From: Lawsonibacter sp.
GTDB taxonomy: Bacteria > Bacillota > Clostridia > Oscillospirales > Oscillospiraceae
Length of the DNA: 49,427 bases
NCBI GenBank assembly: GCA_022791075.1
Contig: JAAVYL010000071.1
Location: forward strand, 1 to 49,427
Direction: 5' to 3'
A program made the translations under genes and the position numbers. The notes under the pieces are model-generated. The model worked only from the letters and a program-made list of their open reading frames with translations. It ran no database searches and had not been told where the DNA came from. This document shows, in pieces, positions 16,722 through 25,824 of this stretch. Within the stretch, counting starts at the first letter, position 1. Each line of letters begins with the position of its first letter.

Positions 16722-16726
16722 AACAT

Positions 16727-17521
16727 TCAGCTCCCCCTTCCATGATTTGCCCTCACCGGCAGGCAGATGGTCCGTTCTGTGCCGTAACGGTCCTGAACCG
16801 TAATCACATCCATCTCGATTCCATAAACCTGCTCCAGGTTCTCTGGTGTAATCACCTCCCGCGGCTCACCGAAGCCGGCGGCGCGCCCCTGGCTCATCAG
16901 CAGAATCTTGCTTCCGGCGGCAGAGTACTCCGGGCTGTGGGTAGACATGACCACGCAGTAGCCCCTCGCCGCCAGGTCCTCCGCCACCTCCGTCAGCAGC
17001 TGATGGTTGGCAAAGTCCAGGCTGGCCGCCGGCTCATCCATAACAAACACCTTCGCCGACTGACAAACCGCCCGGGCAATCAAAACCAGCTGCCGCTGTC
17101 CGCCGCTGAGGGCGGTATACTTCTTGTGGGCCAGGTGCTCAATGTTCATCTTCTCCAGGGCCGCCCAGGCGGCCTCCCGGTCAATCCTCTTGGGGGCCTC
17201 AAAGGCGGAAAAATGAGACGCCCGTCCCATTGTCACCACCTCCAGCACCGTGTAGGCAAACACAGGTGCGTGGTATTGGGGAATATACGCCACCAGACCG
17301 GCCAGCTCTCTGGGGGACAGCCCTCCGGTATCACGGCCGTCAATGCGGATGCTCCCCCCCGTCACGGGCAGAGAGCCCAGTATCAGGCGGAACAGGGTCG
17401 TCTTTCCGCAGCCGTTGGGCCCCACCACACAGAGTATCTCTCCGCTTTCAACGCGGCAGCTCACCCCTTTTACCACGTCCCCTCCGCCGTAGCCGCCCCG
17501 CACATTTTGAAGCTCCAGCAA
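16727..17521 (-). CDS. ABC transporter ATP-binding protein (FecE/BtuD/MolC type)
   Basis: GPNGCGKT, LSGGQRQ, MDEP and STH motifs. Confidence 0.93.
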   Translation of the reverse strand: MLELQNVRGGYGGGDVVKGVSCRVESGEILCVVGPNGCGKTTLFRLILGSLPVTGGSIRIDGRDTGGLSPRELAGLVAYIPQYHAPVFAYTVLEVVTMGRASHFSAFEAPKRIDREAAWAALEKMNIEHLAHKKYTALSGGQRQLVLIARAVCQSAKVFVMDEPAASLDFANHQLLTEVAEDLAARGYCVVMSTHSPEYSAAGSKILLMSQGRAAGFGEPREVITPENLEQVYGIEMDVITVQDRYGTERTICLPVRANHGRGS

Positions 17522-17524
17522 GGT

Positions 17525-18556
17525 CTATCCCCCCTTCCGCTTGAGAATCAGCCAGACGAAGAAGGGGGCGCCCACAATGGCGGTCACCACACCCAGAGGC
17601 AGCTCCACAGACAGAAGAGAGCGGGCCAGGTCGTCCATCAAAACCAGATACCCCGCGCCCAGCCCGGCACTGACAGGGAGCAGCCGGCCATAGTCCGCCC
17701 CCGCCAGAGACCGGGCCATGTGGGGAATCATCAGTCCCACCCACCCGATGAGGCCGCCCAGACACACGGCACAGGCGCTGAGCAGGGTGGAGGCGGCAAT
17801 AAAAATCAGCCGGTCCCGGCCCACATCCGCCCCCAGGCTTCTGGCCTCCTCCTCCTCCAGCGTGAGGAGATTAATCCGCCAGCGCAGCACAAAAATCACG
17901 GCCAGTCCCGCCGCCATAGGCGGGGCGCTCCACAGAAGGGCCTCCATATCCGTCTTTGTCAGACTGCCCATCAGCCAGAAGGTGATCTGCGGCAGCACGT
18001 CGCTGGGGTTGGCCACATATTTGATTGCGGTAACGCCGGCGTTGCACAAAGCCATAACCATGGAGCCGGACAGCACAAGGCTCAGCGTCTGGGAGTGGGC
18101 CGACCTCCGGCTGATCAGGCAGCAGGCTGCCACTGCCGCTCCGCCCCCCAAAAAGGCGGCGAGCTGCACCCCCCAGTTGGCTGCGCCGGCCAGAATGGCC
18201 AGGGAGGCCCCCAGCCCCGCCCCGGAAGACACCCCCAGAATATCCGGAGACACCAAGGGGTTGCGGAACATCCCCTGATAGACGCAGCCGGCCGCTGACA
18301 GTGATGCTCCAATCAGCGCCGCAGACAGCACCCGGGCCAGCCGGAGCTTCAGGATAACGTCCGCCTGGGGCAAAGCCTCCCCCTGCACACCGAACCAGCT
18401 GAAAAACGCCCGGACCAGCTGGGAGGGCGAAATGGGGTAATAGCCCACCCCCAGGGAAAACAGCAATACCGCGAGCAAAAGAGCCGGCAGACCCAGTGCC
18501 AGCAGCCGGTCTCTCCACTGCCGCACCGCTCTGATCTCTCCACATTCTCTCTCCAT
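17525..18556 (-). CDS. FecCD-family ABC permease (type II importer)
   Basis: RLAR, QGMFRNPLVSPDILGVSSGA, EEARSLG and GLIGWVGLMIPH; ATG 18556 with RBS GGAGGGGAG. Confidence 0.93.
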   Translation of the reverse strand: MERECGEIRAVRQWRDRLLALGLPALLLAVLLFSLGVGYYPISPSQLVRAFFSWFGVQGEALPQADVILKLRLARVLSAALIGASLSAAGCVYQGMFRNPLVSPDILGVSSGAGLGASLAILAGAANWGVQLAAFLGGGAAVAACCLISRRSAHSQTLSLVLSGSMVMALCNAGVTAIKYVANPSDVLPQITFWLMGSLTKTDMEALLWSAPPMAAGLAVIFVLRWRINLLTLEEEEARSLGADVGRDRLIFIAASTLLSACAVCLGGLIGWVGLMIPHMARSLAGADYGRLLPVSAGLGAGYLVLMDDLARSLLSVELPLGVVTAIVGAPFFVWLILKRKGG

Positions 18557-18571
18557 AGGCGCTCCCCTCCC

Positions 18572-18669
18572 TTGACACCGCCTTCCCCCTGTGGTATGAT
18601 GTGCCAAGGGTTATATTTTTAAAAACGATTCGCTTTTAAAAATATAACACAGGAGCTGTCCGCTGTCAA
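18572..18669. promoter_or_regulatory. Face-to-face promoters flanking a perfect 15-bp inverted repeat (ModE-box-like operator)
   Basis: + strand TTGACA(18572)-N17-TATGAT; - strand TTGACA(18669)-N17-TATATT; palindrome GTTATATTTTTAAAA-N9-TTTTAAAAATATAAC at 18610-18648. Confidence 0.75.
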
Positions 18670-18732
18670 TTCCCGGCGGCGGATTTGGCGCATTCCGCAA
18701 AAGAGAAACAACATCCAGGATGGAGATGAATC

Positions 18733-19812
18733 ATGAGACATCTGAATGGATTTGAGAGAGCCGGTCTGGCCCTGCTCCTGGTCCTGACCCTGCTCACCGG
18801 CTGTGCTCCCAGGGAAAACACCTCTCAAAGCACCCGGGAAAATCGGGAAATCACCGATATGGCGGGCCGTCAGGTAACCGTCCCTGTCCAAATCGACTCT
18901 GTATTCCCAACCGGGCCCAACTCCGCCATTTATCTCTACACCCTGGCGCCGGACCGGCTGCTGGGCTGGAACTACCCGCTGAACGACCAGGAAAAGAGCA
19001 TCCTTCCGGAGCAGTACCATACCCTTCCCGTCTATGGTATGGGCGACGCGGTCAGCTATGAAGCAGTCATCGCCGCCGCCCCCTCCCTCGTCCTCAACAC
19101 CGGAACCATCAACGACAAGCTGATCTCCGACTGCGACAAGCTCTCCCGTCAGCTGGGCATCCCCGTGGTGGCTGTAGACGGCGACCTGATGGCCTCGCCC
19201 CAGGCCTATCGGTTTCTGGGGGAGCTGCTCGGTGCTCAAGAGCAGGGAGAGCTGCTGGCCGGCTACGCAGAGCGCACCCTTCAGGACATCGCCGGACTCA
19301 ATATTCCGGAGGAGGAGCGGGTCCGCGTCTATTATGGCAACGGCGAGGACTCGCTGGAAACAGCTCCCGCCGGCTCCTCCCACGCCCAGATCATTGAGCT
19401 GGCAGGCGCCGCCAACGCAGCGGAGCTGGAGCTGGGAGACGGCGCACGGATACGGATTTCTCCGGAACAACTGTTGGCCTGGGACCCGGATGTTATTCTC
19501 ACTGTGGGGGAGCCCACATCCAATATGAGCGGCAGCTCGGCCGCCGAGGCGCTCCGCAGCGACCCGGTTTTCGCCTCGCTGAGCGCGGTTCAGGCGGGGA
19601 GGGTATATGGCGTGCCCAACGCGCCCTTCGGGTGGGTAGACCGCCCCCCCGGTCCCAACCGAATCATTGGTCTGCGCTGGCTCTCCGGCTTACTCTACCC
19701 CGACCGCCTGAATTTTGACGTGGACGAGGAGGTCCGGCAGTTTTTCCATCTGTTCTACCATGTGCAGCTCACCAACCAGCAGCTGGAGCAGCTCTACAGC
19801 GGAGCCCTGTGA
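18733..19812 (+). CDS. ABC substrate-binding lipoprotein (class III, Fe/B12/molybdate type)
   Basis: LTGC lipobox; ITDMAGRQV.VP, ISPEQLLAWDPDVI and LSAVQAGRVY..P..PF.W.DRPP. Confidence 0.92.
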   Translation: MRHLNGFERAGLALLLVLTLLTGCAPRENTSQSTRENREITDMAGRQVTVPVQIDSVFPTGPNSAIYLYTLAPDRLLGWNYPLNDQEKSILPEQYHTLPVYGMGDAVSYEAVIAAAPSLVLNTGTINDKLISDCDKLSRQLGIPVVAVDGDLMASPQAYRFLGELLGAQEQGELLAGYAERTLQDIAGLNIPEEERVRVYYGNGEDSLETAPAGSSHAQIIELAGAANAAELELGDGARIRISPEQLLAWDPDVILTVGEPTSNMSGSSAAEALRSDPVFASLSAVQAGRVYGVPNAPFGWVDRPPGPNRIIGLRWLSGLLYPDRLNFDVDEEVRQFFHLFYHVQLTNQQLEQLYSGAL

Positions 19813-19843
19813 TTACACAAGGCTCCAGAGAGGAGGGACCTGA

Positions 19844-21247
19844 ATGCTCCCGGAACAGCCTTATTCTCCCGGCCCCGCGGGATTTCGCGCCGCCCTTCGC
19901 TTCCGGCTCCTGGCCGAGCGCGTCTTTTACGGACCAGGACCGCATAAGCTTCTGGAGCTGACCCGGGAGCTGGGCTCTTTGTCCGAGGCCTGCCGCTGCA
20001 TGGGCATCTCCTACACCAAGGGCCGAAAGCTCATCTCCACCATGGAGCAGCAGCTGGGCGCCTCGGTAATAGAGACCCGGCAGGGCGGAAAAGGGGGCGG
20101 CTTCTCCCATCTGACCCCAAGGGCCAGAGACCTGATGGCGCGCTACAGCGCCTTCTGCCTGGAGGCGGAGAACGTCCTCCAGGCCCTGTTTCAAAAACAC
20201 TTTGCCGCCTCCGCCCCATTGGGGTTCTGTGGAGGCACTGCGGAAAGGAATCTCACTATGGAGGGTATCTTCACCCAAATTCTCTATGAGCTGGAGAAGG
20301 GACACGACATGTCCTTAGTCACCATTATCTCCCAGGATGGCTCCTCCCCGCGGGGTCTTGGCGCCCAGATGCTGGCAGGAAGTCAGGGCCGGATTCTGGG
20401 AACCGTGGGAGGCGGAGCAGTAGAGCAGCGATGCACAGACGCCGCCCTCCTCTCCCTGACCGAGAGGCGGTCCTTTTCTCAGAACTTCTCACTGCGTCAG
20501 GACGGCGCGGAGAGCATTGGAATGGTCTGCGGAGGCGATGTAACCGCCTGGTTTCAGTTTATTGACGCCCAGGACCCCCAGTGGGCGGACCTCTCCTCCC
20601 AGCTTCTCACCGCCCTGTCCCAGCACCGGACCGGCTGGCTGGCGCTCTGTCTGGACGGCGCCCCTCCCTTCCTTGTACAGACGGGGGAGGGCGTCCCCGG
20701 ACTGGAACCGGGGCGGTGCCTCCAAACCGGCATCCGTTTCTATCTGCCCCTGCCTGCCCGGGAGCGGGCTGTCATCTTTGGCGGTGGTCACTGTGCCCAG
20801 GCTCTGGTTCCGCTCCTGAGCCGGGTGGGCTTTCGGGTCACCGTGGTGGACAGCCGGTCGGAGTATGCCGCACAGGCCCTGTTTCCCCAGGCGGAGACCG
20901 TCATCTGCGGCGACTACCTGCACATCTCTCAATATTTGGAGCTGACCCCCTCCGACTATGTGGTAATTATGACCAGCGGCCACAGCTTCGACTATGAGGT
21001 CCAGCGTCAGGTCCTCCAGCACCCCCCCGCCTATGTGGGCGTAATCGGCTCCAGGAGCAAAGCCGCCTTTATAAACCAGAAGCTCCGGCAGGACGGCCTG
21101 CCGGAGGAGACCATCGGGAGCGTTCACACCCCCATCGGCACCGAGATCAAAGCGGTCACGCCGGAGGAGATTGCCGTCAGCATCGCTGGAGAGATGATCT
21201 ATGAGCGGGCCCTGCTCCGGGAACGCGCCCACAATCCTGCCCTGTAA
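19844..21247 (+). CDS. ModE-like winged-helix domain fused to XdhC/CoxI molybdenum-cofactor chaperone
   Basis: N-terminal YGPG..LL....ELGSLSEAC..MGISY.K...GGKGGG.S.LT (ModE N-domain); then GSSPRG, GTVGGG, GMVCGG, FGGGH, YVGVIGS and PIG..I.AVTPEEIAVSI (XdhC). Internal RBS and ATG at 20258. Confidence 0.85.
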   Translation: MLPEQPYSPGPAGFRAALRFRLLAERVFYGPGPHKLLELTRELGSLSEACRCMGISYTKGRKLISTMEQQLGASVIETRQGGKGGGFSHLTPRARDLMARYSAFCLEAENVLQALFQKHFAASAPLGFCGGTAERNLTMEGIFTQILYELEKGHDMSLVTIISQDGSSPRGLGAQMLAGSQGRILGTVGGGAVEQRCTDAALLSLTERRSFSQNFSLRQDGAESIGMVCGGDVTAWFQFIDAQDPQWADLSSQLLTALSQHRTGWLALCLDGAPPFLVQTGEGVPGLEPGRCLQTGIRFYLPLPARERAVIFGGGHCAQALVPLLSRVGFRVTVVDSRSEYAAQALFPQAETVICGDYLHISQYLELTPSDYVVIMTSGHSFDYEVQRQVLQHPPAYVGVIGSRSKAAFINQKLRQDGLPEETIGSVHTPIGTEIKAVTPEEIAVSIAGEMIYERALLRERAHNPAL

Positions 21248-21250
21248 AAT

Positions 21251-21281
21251 ATCCGCCCGGCTGATGTACAGCCGGGCGGAT
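21251..21281. terminator. Stem-loop between convergent xdhC-like gene and araD
   Basis: ATCCGCCCGGCTG-atgta-CAGCCGGGCGGAT. Confidence 0.75.
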
Positions 21282-21291
21282 CCCATTGTAC

Positions 21292-21990
21292 TCAGTCCTG
21301 GCCGTAGTAAGCGCCGGGACCGTGTTTGCGAAAATAGTGCTTATCCTGGATGCGCTGGGGGGCGGGGCCGGCGGAGGCCCGGATCTGACGGGTAAGAATG
21401 GCCATCCTTGCCACCTCCTCCAGGACCACTGCGTGATACACCGCCTGGGCCGCGTCCCTGCCCCAGGTGAAGGGGCCGTGGCTGGCGCAGATTACGCCGG
21501 GGACGGCGGTGGGCTCAATGCACCGCTCCCGGAAGGTTTCGACAATAACCGTACCGGTGTTTTTCTCATAATCCTCCTCCAGCTCCCCGTGAGACAGGTG
21601 GCGTGCGCAGGGGATGGAGCCGTAGAAGTAGTCGGCATGGGTAGTACCGAAACAGGGGATGTCTTCCCCGGCCTGAGCCCAGGCCACGGCGTGGGGGCTG
21701 TGGGTGTGGACGATACCTCCGATTCCCGGAAAGGCCTTGTACAGCTCCAGGTGGGTTTTGGTGTCGCTGGAGGGCTTCCATTTGCCCTCCACCCGCTGGC
21801 CGGTCTCCAGACTGACAACCACCATATCACCGGCAGTCATGCCGTCGTACTCCACGCCGGAGGGTTTGATGACAATCACCCCCCTGTCCCGGTCAATGGC
21901 GGATACATTGCCCCAGGTGAAGGTGACCAGCCCGTGCTTAGGCAGCAGAAGGTTGGCTTCCAGGACCTGTTGTTTCAGTTCTTCAAGCAT
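21292..21990 (-). CDS. araD: L-ribulose-5-phosphate 4-epimerase (class II aldolase/epimerase)
   Basis: [40 protein letters not shown] and AYYGQ. Confidence 0.92.
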   Translation of the reverse strand: MLEELKQQVLEANLLLPKHGLVTFTWGNVSAIDRDRGVIVIKPSGVEYDGMTAGDMVVVSLETGQRVEGKWKPSSDTKTHLELYKAFPGIGGIVHTHSPHAVAWAQAGEDIPCFGTTHADYFYGSIPCARHLSHGELEEDYEKNTGTVIVETFRERCIEPTAVPGVICASHGPFTWGRDAAQAVYHAVVLEEVARMAILTRQIRASAGPAPQRIQDKHYFRKHGPGAYYGQD

Positions 21991-22223
21991 AGCTCTTACC
22001 TCTTTTCACTGTGTAGTGGCGGGACTGTTTCACCCGCTCTTCCGATGCGGCTTCCTTCCCGGGCAGGCGCGCACCCCCTGCGGAACAGCTTCAGGCGCCG
22101 GCGCAAAGACTGCCCCTAATAGAATAACACAAAATCATTTTAATTTCCAGGCCGGGATAGAGAGAATCCGCGTGTGCGGCCCAAGGCTTCACAGCGGCAT
22201 CCTTTTTCCTTGCTTTCCAAAAG

Positions 22224-22252
22224 TTGTACCTGCCGCTTGAATATGCTATAAT
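22224..22252 (+). promoter_or_regulatory. Sigma-A promoter for the Ser/Thr dehydratase
   Basis: TTGTAC-N17-TATAAT with extended -10 TG. Confidence 0.65.
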
Positions 22253-22353
22253 AACGCTGAGCTATATCGGGTACAGCCGGCTCTGTGCGGCTGTGCAAAA
22301 TCAGCGCCGGACCGCGCATCCCCATCAAAACAACCACAAACGGAGGAAAGACA

Positions 22354-23310
22354 ATGATCTCGATCCAAGAAATCCGGCAGGCCCGGGAGCGCATCCAGTC
22401 CTATATTGTCCAAACCCCTGTGCTGCGTATGCACACGCTGGACCACTATCTCAACTGCGAAGTCTATATCAAGGCGGAGAACATGCAGGTCACCGGCGCT
22501 TTCAAGCTGCGGGGTGCGCTCAACCGCGCCCTCAGCCTGAGCCGGGAGGAGCTGGAGCGGGGACTGGTGTGCGCCTCCTCCGGCAACCACGGCCGGGGAA
22601 TCGCCTATGCCGCTAAGCTGCTGGGAACAAAAGCCACGGTTGTAATGCCCAATACCGCCCCGGCGGTGAAGGTTCAGGCCATCCGGGCCCTGGGGGCGGA
22701 GGTGGTCCAGTGCGAGGCCAGCGAGCGGTTCCAGGTGGCGGAGCGCATCTGTGAGGCGCAGGGGGCCACCCTGATCCCCCCTTACAATGACGAGTTTGTT
22801 ATGGCCGGCCAGGGCACCGCCGGCCTGGAGCTCGGGGAGCAGCTCCCGGAGGTAAACACCGTAATCCTTCCTGTCAGCGGGGGAGGTCTCATCGGCGGTG
22901 TGTCGGCGGCCCTGAAGGAGACGCTGCCCGCTGTCAGGGTATACGGCGCGGAACCCGCCGCCCTGCCCCGCTACTCTCAAAGCCTGGCGGCAGGAGAACC
23001 GACGCAGGTCCCATACCAGCAGACCCTGGCCGACGCCCTGGTGTCCCAGCAGCCGGGGAGCAAGTGCTTCCCCGTGGTCCGGACATATGTGGACCGGGTG
23101 GTCCCAGTGTCAGACGAGTTCATGCTGAAGGGAATGAAGCTGCTGCTGACCGAGGGCAAAATTTTGGCGGAGCCCTCCAGCTGTATTGGCATCGGCGCGG
23201 TTCTGCAGGGCCTGCTCCCTGTGGACAGGGCAGAGAAGGTCTGCTTCGTCATTTCGGGCGGCAGTGTGGGAATCAGCCAGCTGGCTATGCTGGAGGAAGT
23301 GGTGCTGTAA
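22354..23310 (+). CDS. PLP-dependent threonine/serine dehydratase (fold II, no ACT domain)
   Basis: KAENMQVTGAFKLRGA (PLP Lys), SSGNH, AGQGT, PVSGGGL and ISGG; RBS GGAGG before ATG 22354. Confidence 0.9.
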   Translation: MISIQEIRQARERIQSYIVQTPVLRMHTLDHYLNCEVYIKAENMQVTGAFKLRGALNRALSLSREELERGLVCASSGNHGRGIAYAAKLLGTKATVVMPNTAPAVKVQAIRALGAEVVQCEASERFQVAERICEAQGATLIPPYNDEFVMAGQGTAGLELGEQLPEVNTVILPVSGGGLIGGVSAALKETLPAVRVYGAEPAALPRYSQSLAAGEPTQVPYQQTLADALVSQQPGSKCFPVVRTYVDRVVPVSDEFMLKGMKLLLTEGKILAEPSSCIGIGAVLQGLLPVDRAEKVCFVISGGSVGISQLAMLEEVVL

Positions 23311-23328
23311 AGCCGGCTATTTGTGAAA

Positions 23329-23373
23329 ACTCCCCTGTGAGAGACGCTGAAAGGCTGTTTCTCACAGGGGAGT
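23329..23373. terminator. Stem-loop between convergent genes
   Basis: ACTCCCCTGTGAGA...TCTCACAGGGGAGT. Confidence 0.75.
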
Positions 23374-23399
23374 ATATGTTTATCGGCGCTTTGGCCGGT

Positions 23400-24473
23400 T
23401 TAGAAGGAGTAGGAGATGATGGACTTGCCCACAGCCTCCTCGCACTGCTTGAACAGCTCGGGGTCCCGCATTCCGGCGCCCAGGAGCAGACTGGACTTGG
23501 GGGCGCAGATGACGACAATATCCATGCCCTCCTGCACCTCAGCCGAGGTAACGGGCCAGCCCGTCTGGGCGTCCAGCGTCATAATCAGGTCCGGGAAGGT
23601 GCCCAGCCTGCGTCCGTCCGCCTCCGCTGTCATGTATTCATTCCAGAAGGTGAGCCCAAAGCCCGGCCAGGTCACGGTGCCCACATCGAAGCCGCCCTGA
23701 CAGATCAGCTCCATCCGCTCAACGGGACCGCGGTGCAGCACCTGGGCCTTCAGCTCACCGCAGACCGCCTGAATGACCGCCTCTCCGCCCTGCTCCCGGC
23801 AGGCCAGCATGGCCTGGCCCAGCCTGATGGCCTGTTTAACGGCGCCGTTTGCCCCATGCTTCCGGGCGTAGTCCACGGTAACAGGGTTGCGCGCCACAGC
23901 CACCAGCCCGCCGGCCAGGGTAGCCGCGTGGCGCACCTGTGCCGAGGTTTGATCGATGGTTCCCCGCACCACCAGCTCAATCCGGCGCCGGCAGGCCGGG
24001 TCGCCGCCAATGGCCGCCTGAACAGACTCATAGCCGGGGACCGCGTGCAGGCCAAGGGCGCCCATGACGCCAGTGGGGTGCGCACGCCCATTGCTGGGCG
24101 CGTCTACCACAGGGATACCCAGCAGGGCGCTCTGCATCCATCCGTTCACTGTGGCCAGTCCGCCCATCTCGTTGGTAAAGATGCCTGCAGCCTCCTGCCC
24201 GGTGAAATGGCACAGCTGCTTTACTGCGTCGCTGAAATCCTGGGGGGTGGCCAGAGCGGTCTTCGCAGAGGGCGCGCCAACAGCGGACGCATTGATCAGG
24301 GTGGCCCCGCCGGGCAGGTCTTCAATGTCAATCAGCTCCAGGGGGGCGGTCTCCACTGCCAGCTTGGCCGCCCTCAGGCCCTCCGCTCTGGAGCCACCGC
24401 CGCCGCCGCCCAGAACACAGCCGCCGACAACTGCCGCCTCAGCCATTTCACTTGTAATTTTTAAACGAGCCAT
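23400..24473 (-). CDS. DUF917 family protein (S-methyl-thiohydantoin desulfurase-like)
   Basis: GG.VLGGGGGG, VGAP, NEMGG, PVVD...NGRAHP, WNE and PDLI motifs typical of DUF917. Confidence 0.8.
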   Translation of the reverse strand: MARLKITSEMAEAAVVGGCVLGGGGGGSRAEGLRAAKLAVETAPLELIDIEDLPGGATLINASAVGAPSAKTALATPQDFSDAVKQLCHFTGQEAAGIFTNEMGGLATVNGWMQSALLGIPVVDAPSNGRAHPTGVMGALGLHAVPGYESVQAAIGGDPACRRRIELVVRGTIDQTSAQVRHAATLAGGLVAVARNPVTVDYARKHGANGAVKQAIRLGQAMLACREQGGEAVIQAVCGELKAQVLHRGPVERMELICQGGFDVGTVTWPGFGLTFWNEYMTAEADGRRLGTFPDLIMTLDAQTGWPVTSAEVQEGMDIVVICAPKSSLLLGAGMRDPELFKQCEEAVGKSIISYSF

Positions 24474-24507
24474 AGGTCATTCCTCCATTTATAATTCATC
24501 CATCGGT

Positions 24508-25812
24508 TCAGGCTGACTTTTTCCACATCAGCTTACTGAGGATCACATGCAGCACCATCGTGCCAATCAGGCCGTTCAGGGTCTGGATGCCGGGTGTAAA
24601 CACTGCAATCGCAATGCCGCAGGCCCAGGCCAGGAAAGCGGGCAGCTTAATCATGGGGATTTTGTCATAGGAGATATCCTCATAGTTGCGCTCCTCCTTC
24701 ATCCCAAACAGAGGCAGAATCAGATAGTCCGACACCATGATAGCCGCCATAGGGGGCACCAGAATGCCCAGCCAGTTCATGTAGGGGACGAAATAATCCA
24801 CTGCGCCGCCGAAGCCCAGGGCAACGGCGATCACAGCCAGAATGGTGGTCAGCCGCCACTTCTTTGCCTCGATGATGTTACACAGGGCGTTGGCCCCGGA
24901 ATACAGGTTCGCCTGGTTGGTGGTCCAGGCGGCCAGGGTGATCAGGACAGCACCCACAACGCCGGAGCCAGTGGCCATAATGCCGATGTAGTCGCTGACA
25001 ACTCCGAAGTCCCAGGTATTCAGGTGGAGGGCGGCGGCAATGCCGGCGATGGGGAGCAGGAAGTGGCCGAAAAACAGACCGCCCGCCCACACCAGGGCAA
25101 TTTTAACAATGTCCGTCTTGGCATAGCGGCCGCAGTCGGGAACCGTGGCCATACCCACGGCCCAGCTGCCCACTGTGGTGCTGATGCCGATGGTCAGGGA
25201 GTTGACCTGGTTGCTGGCCGGCGTATAGGTAAACAGGGTGTCAAGGCCAATCAGGCGGATAGAGTTAAACAGAGCCAGGACGATAAACAGCAGCAGGGGG
25301 ATGGCCGCCAGGCTGCTGAGCTTTTCCATGCCCTTGAAGCCCACAATGGCGGTGGTGGACATCAGGACGCCGCCGATCACGGCCAGCACCGGCACGGAGA
25401 CGGGGAGATACTGGCTCCAGATCTGGCCGAAGAAGCCCAGCTGAACCGCGAACCAGCCCACAGAGGTGAAGCAGATGATGGCGGAGCAGATGTAGGTGCC
25501 CACTCTGCCCATGGTAAAGCGCAGCAGCGGCATACTGGACAGGCCCGTCTTTGAGCCGATATACACGGTTGCAATCATCATCACCACCAGGATGATGTCG
25601 CCGATGGACAGGGCAATCATCGCGTCGGAGAAGGTCAGGCTGGAGCCCAGAGCCGTTCCTGTAGCCAGGTCGCCCACCACAACGTTCCAGCACAGCCAGA
25701 CAAAAAACATTTTGACCCAGCCGTAACGCTCGCTCTTAGGCACCGGACGCAGGGCGTAGTCGTCGGCTACCTCGTCCATTTTCTGGACAAAACTTTTCTT
25801 TTCTTCGCTCAT
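24508..25812 (-). CDS. Cytosine/purine-type NCS1 permease (CodB-like)
   Basis: DYALRPVP..ER, GWFAVQ, PD..RYAK and WTTN..NLYS; about 12 TM helices. Confidence 0.88.
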   Translation of the reverse strand: MSEEKKSFVQKMDEVADDYALRPVPKSERYGWVKMFFVWLCWNVVVGDLATGTALGSSLTFSDAMIALSIGDIILVVMMIATVYIGSKTGLSSMPLLRFTMGRVGTYICSAIICFTSVGWFAVQLGFFGQIWSQYLPVSVPVLAVIGGVLMSTTAIVGFKGMEKLSSLAAIPLLLFIVLALFNSIRLIGLDTLFTYTPASNQVNSLTIGISTTVGSWAVGMATVPDCGRYAKTDIVKIALVWAGGLFFGHFLLPIAGIAAALHLNTWDFGVVSDYIGIMATGSGVVGAVLITLAAWTTNQANLYSGANALCNIIEAKKWRLTTILAVIAVALGFGGAVDYFVPYMNWLGILVPPMAAIMVSDYLILPLFGMKEERNYEDISYDKIPMIKLPAFLAWACGIAIAVFTPGIQTLNGLIGTMVLHVILSKLMWKKSA

Positions 25813-25824
25813 AAAATAACCTCC

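Noticed and set aside
21991-22200. GC-rich araD leader as a possible riboswitch
   Set aside because: No recognisable aptamer consensus or convincing terminator/antiterminator pair.
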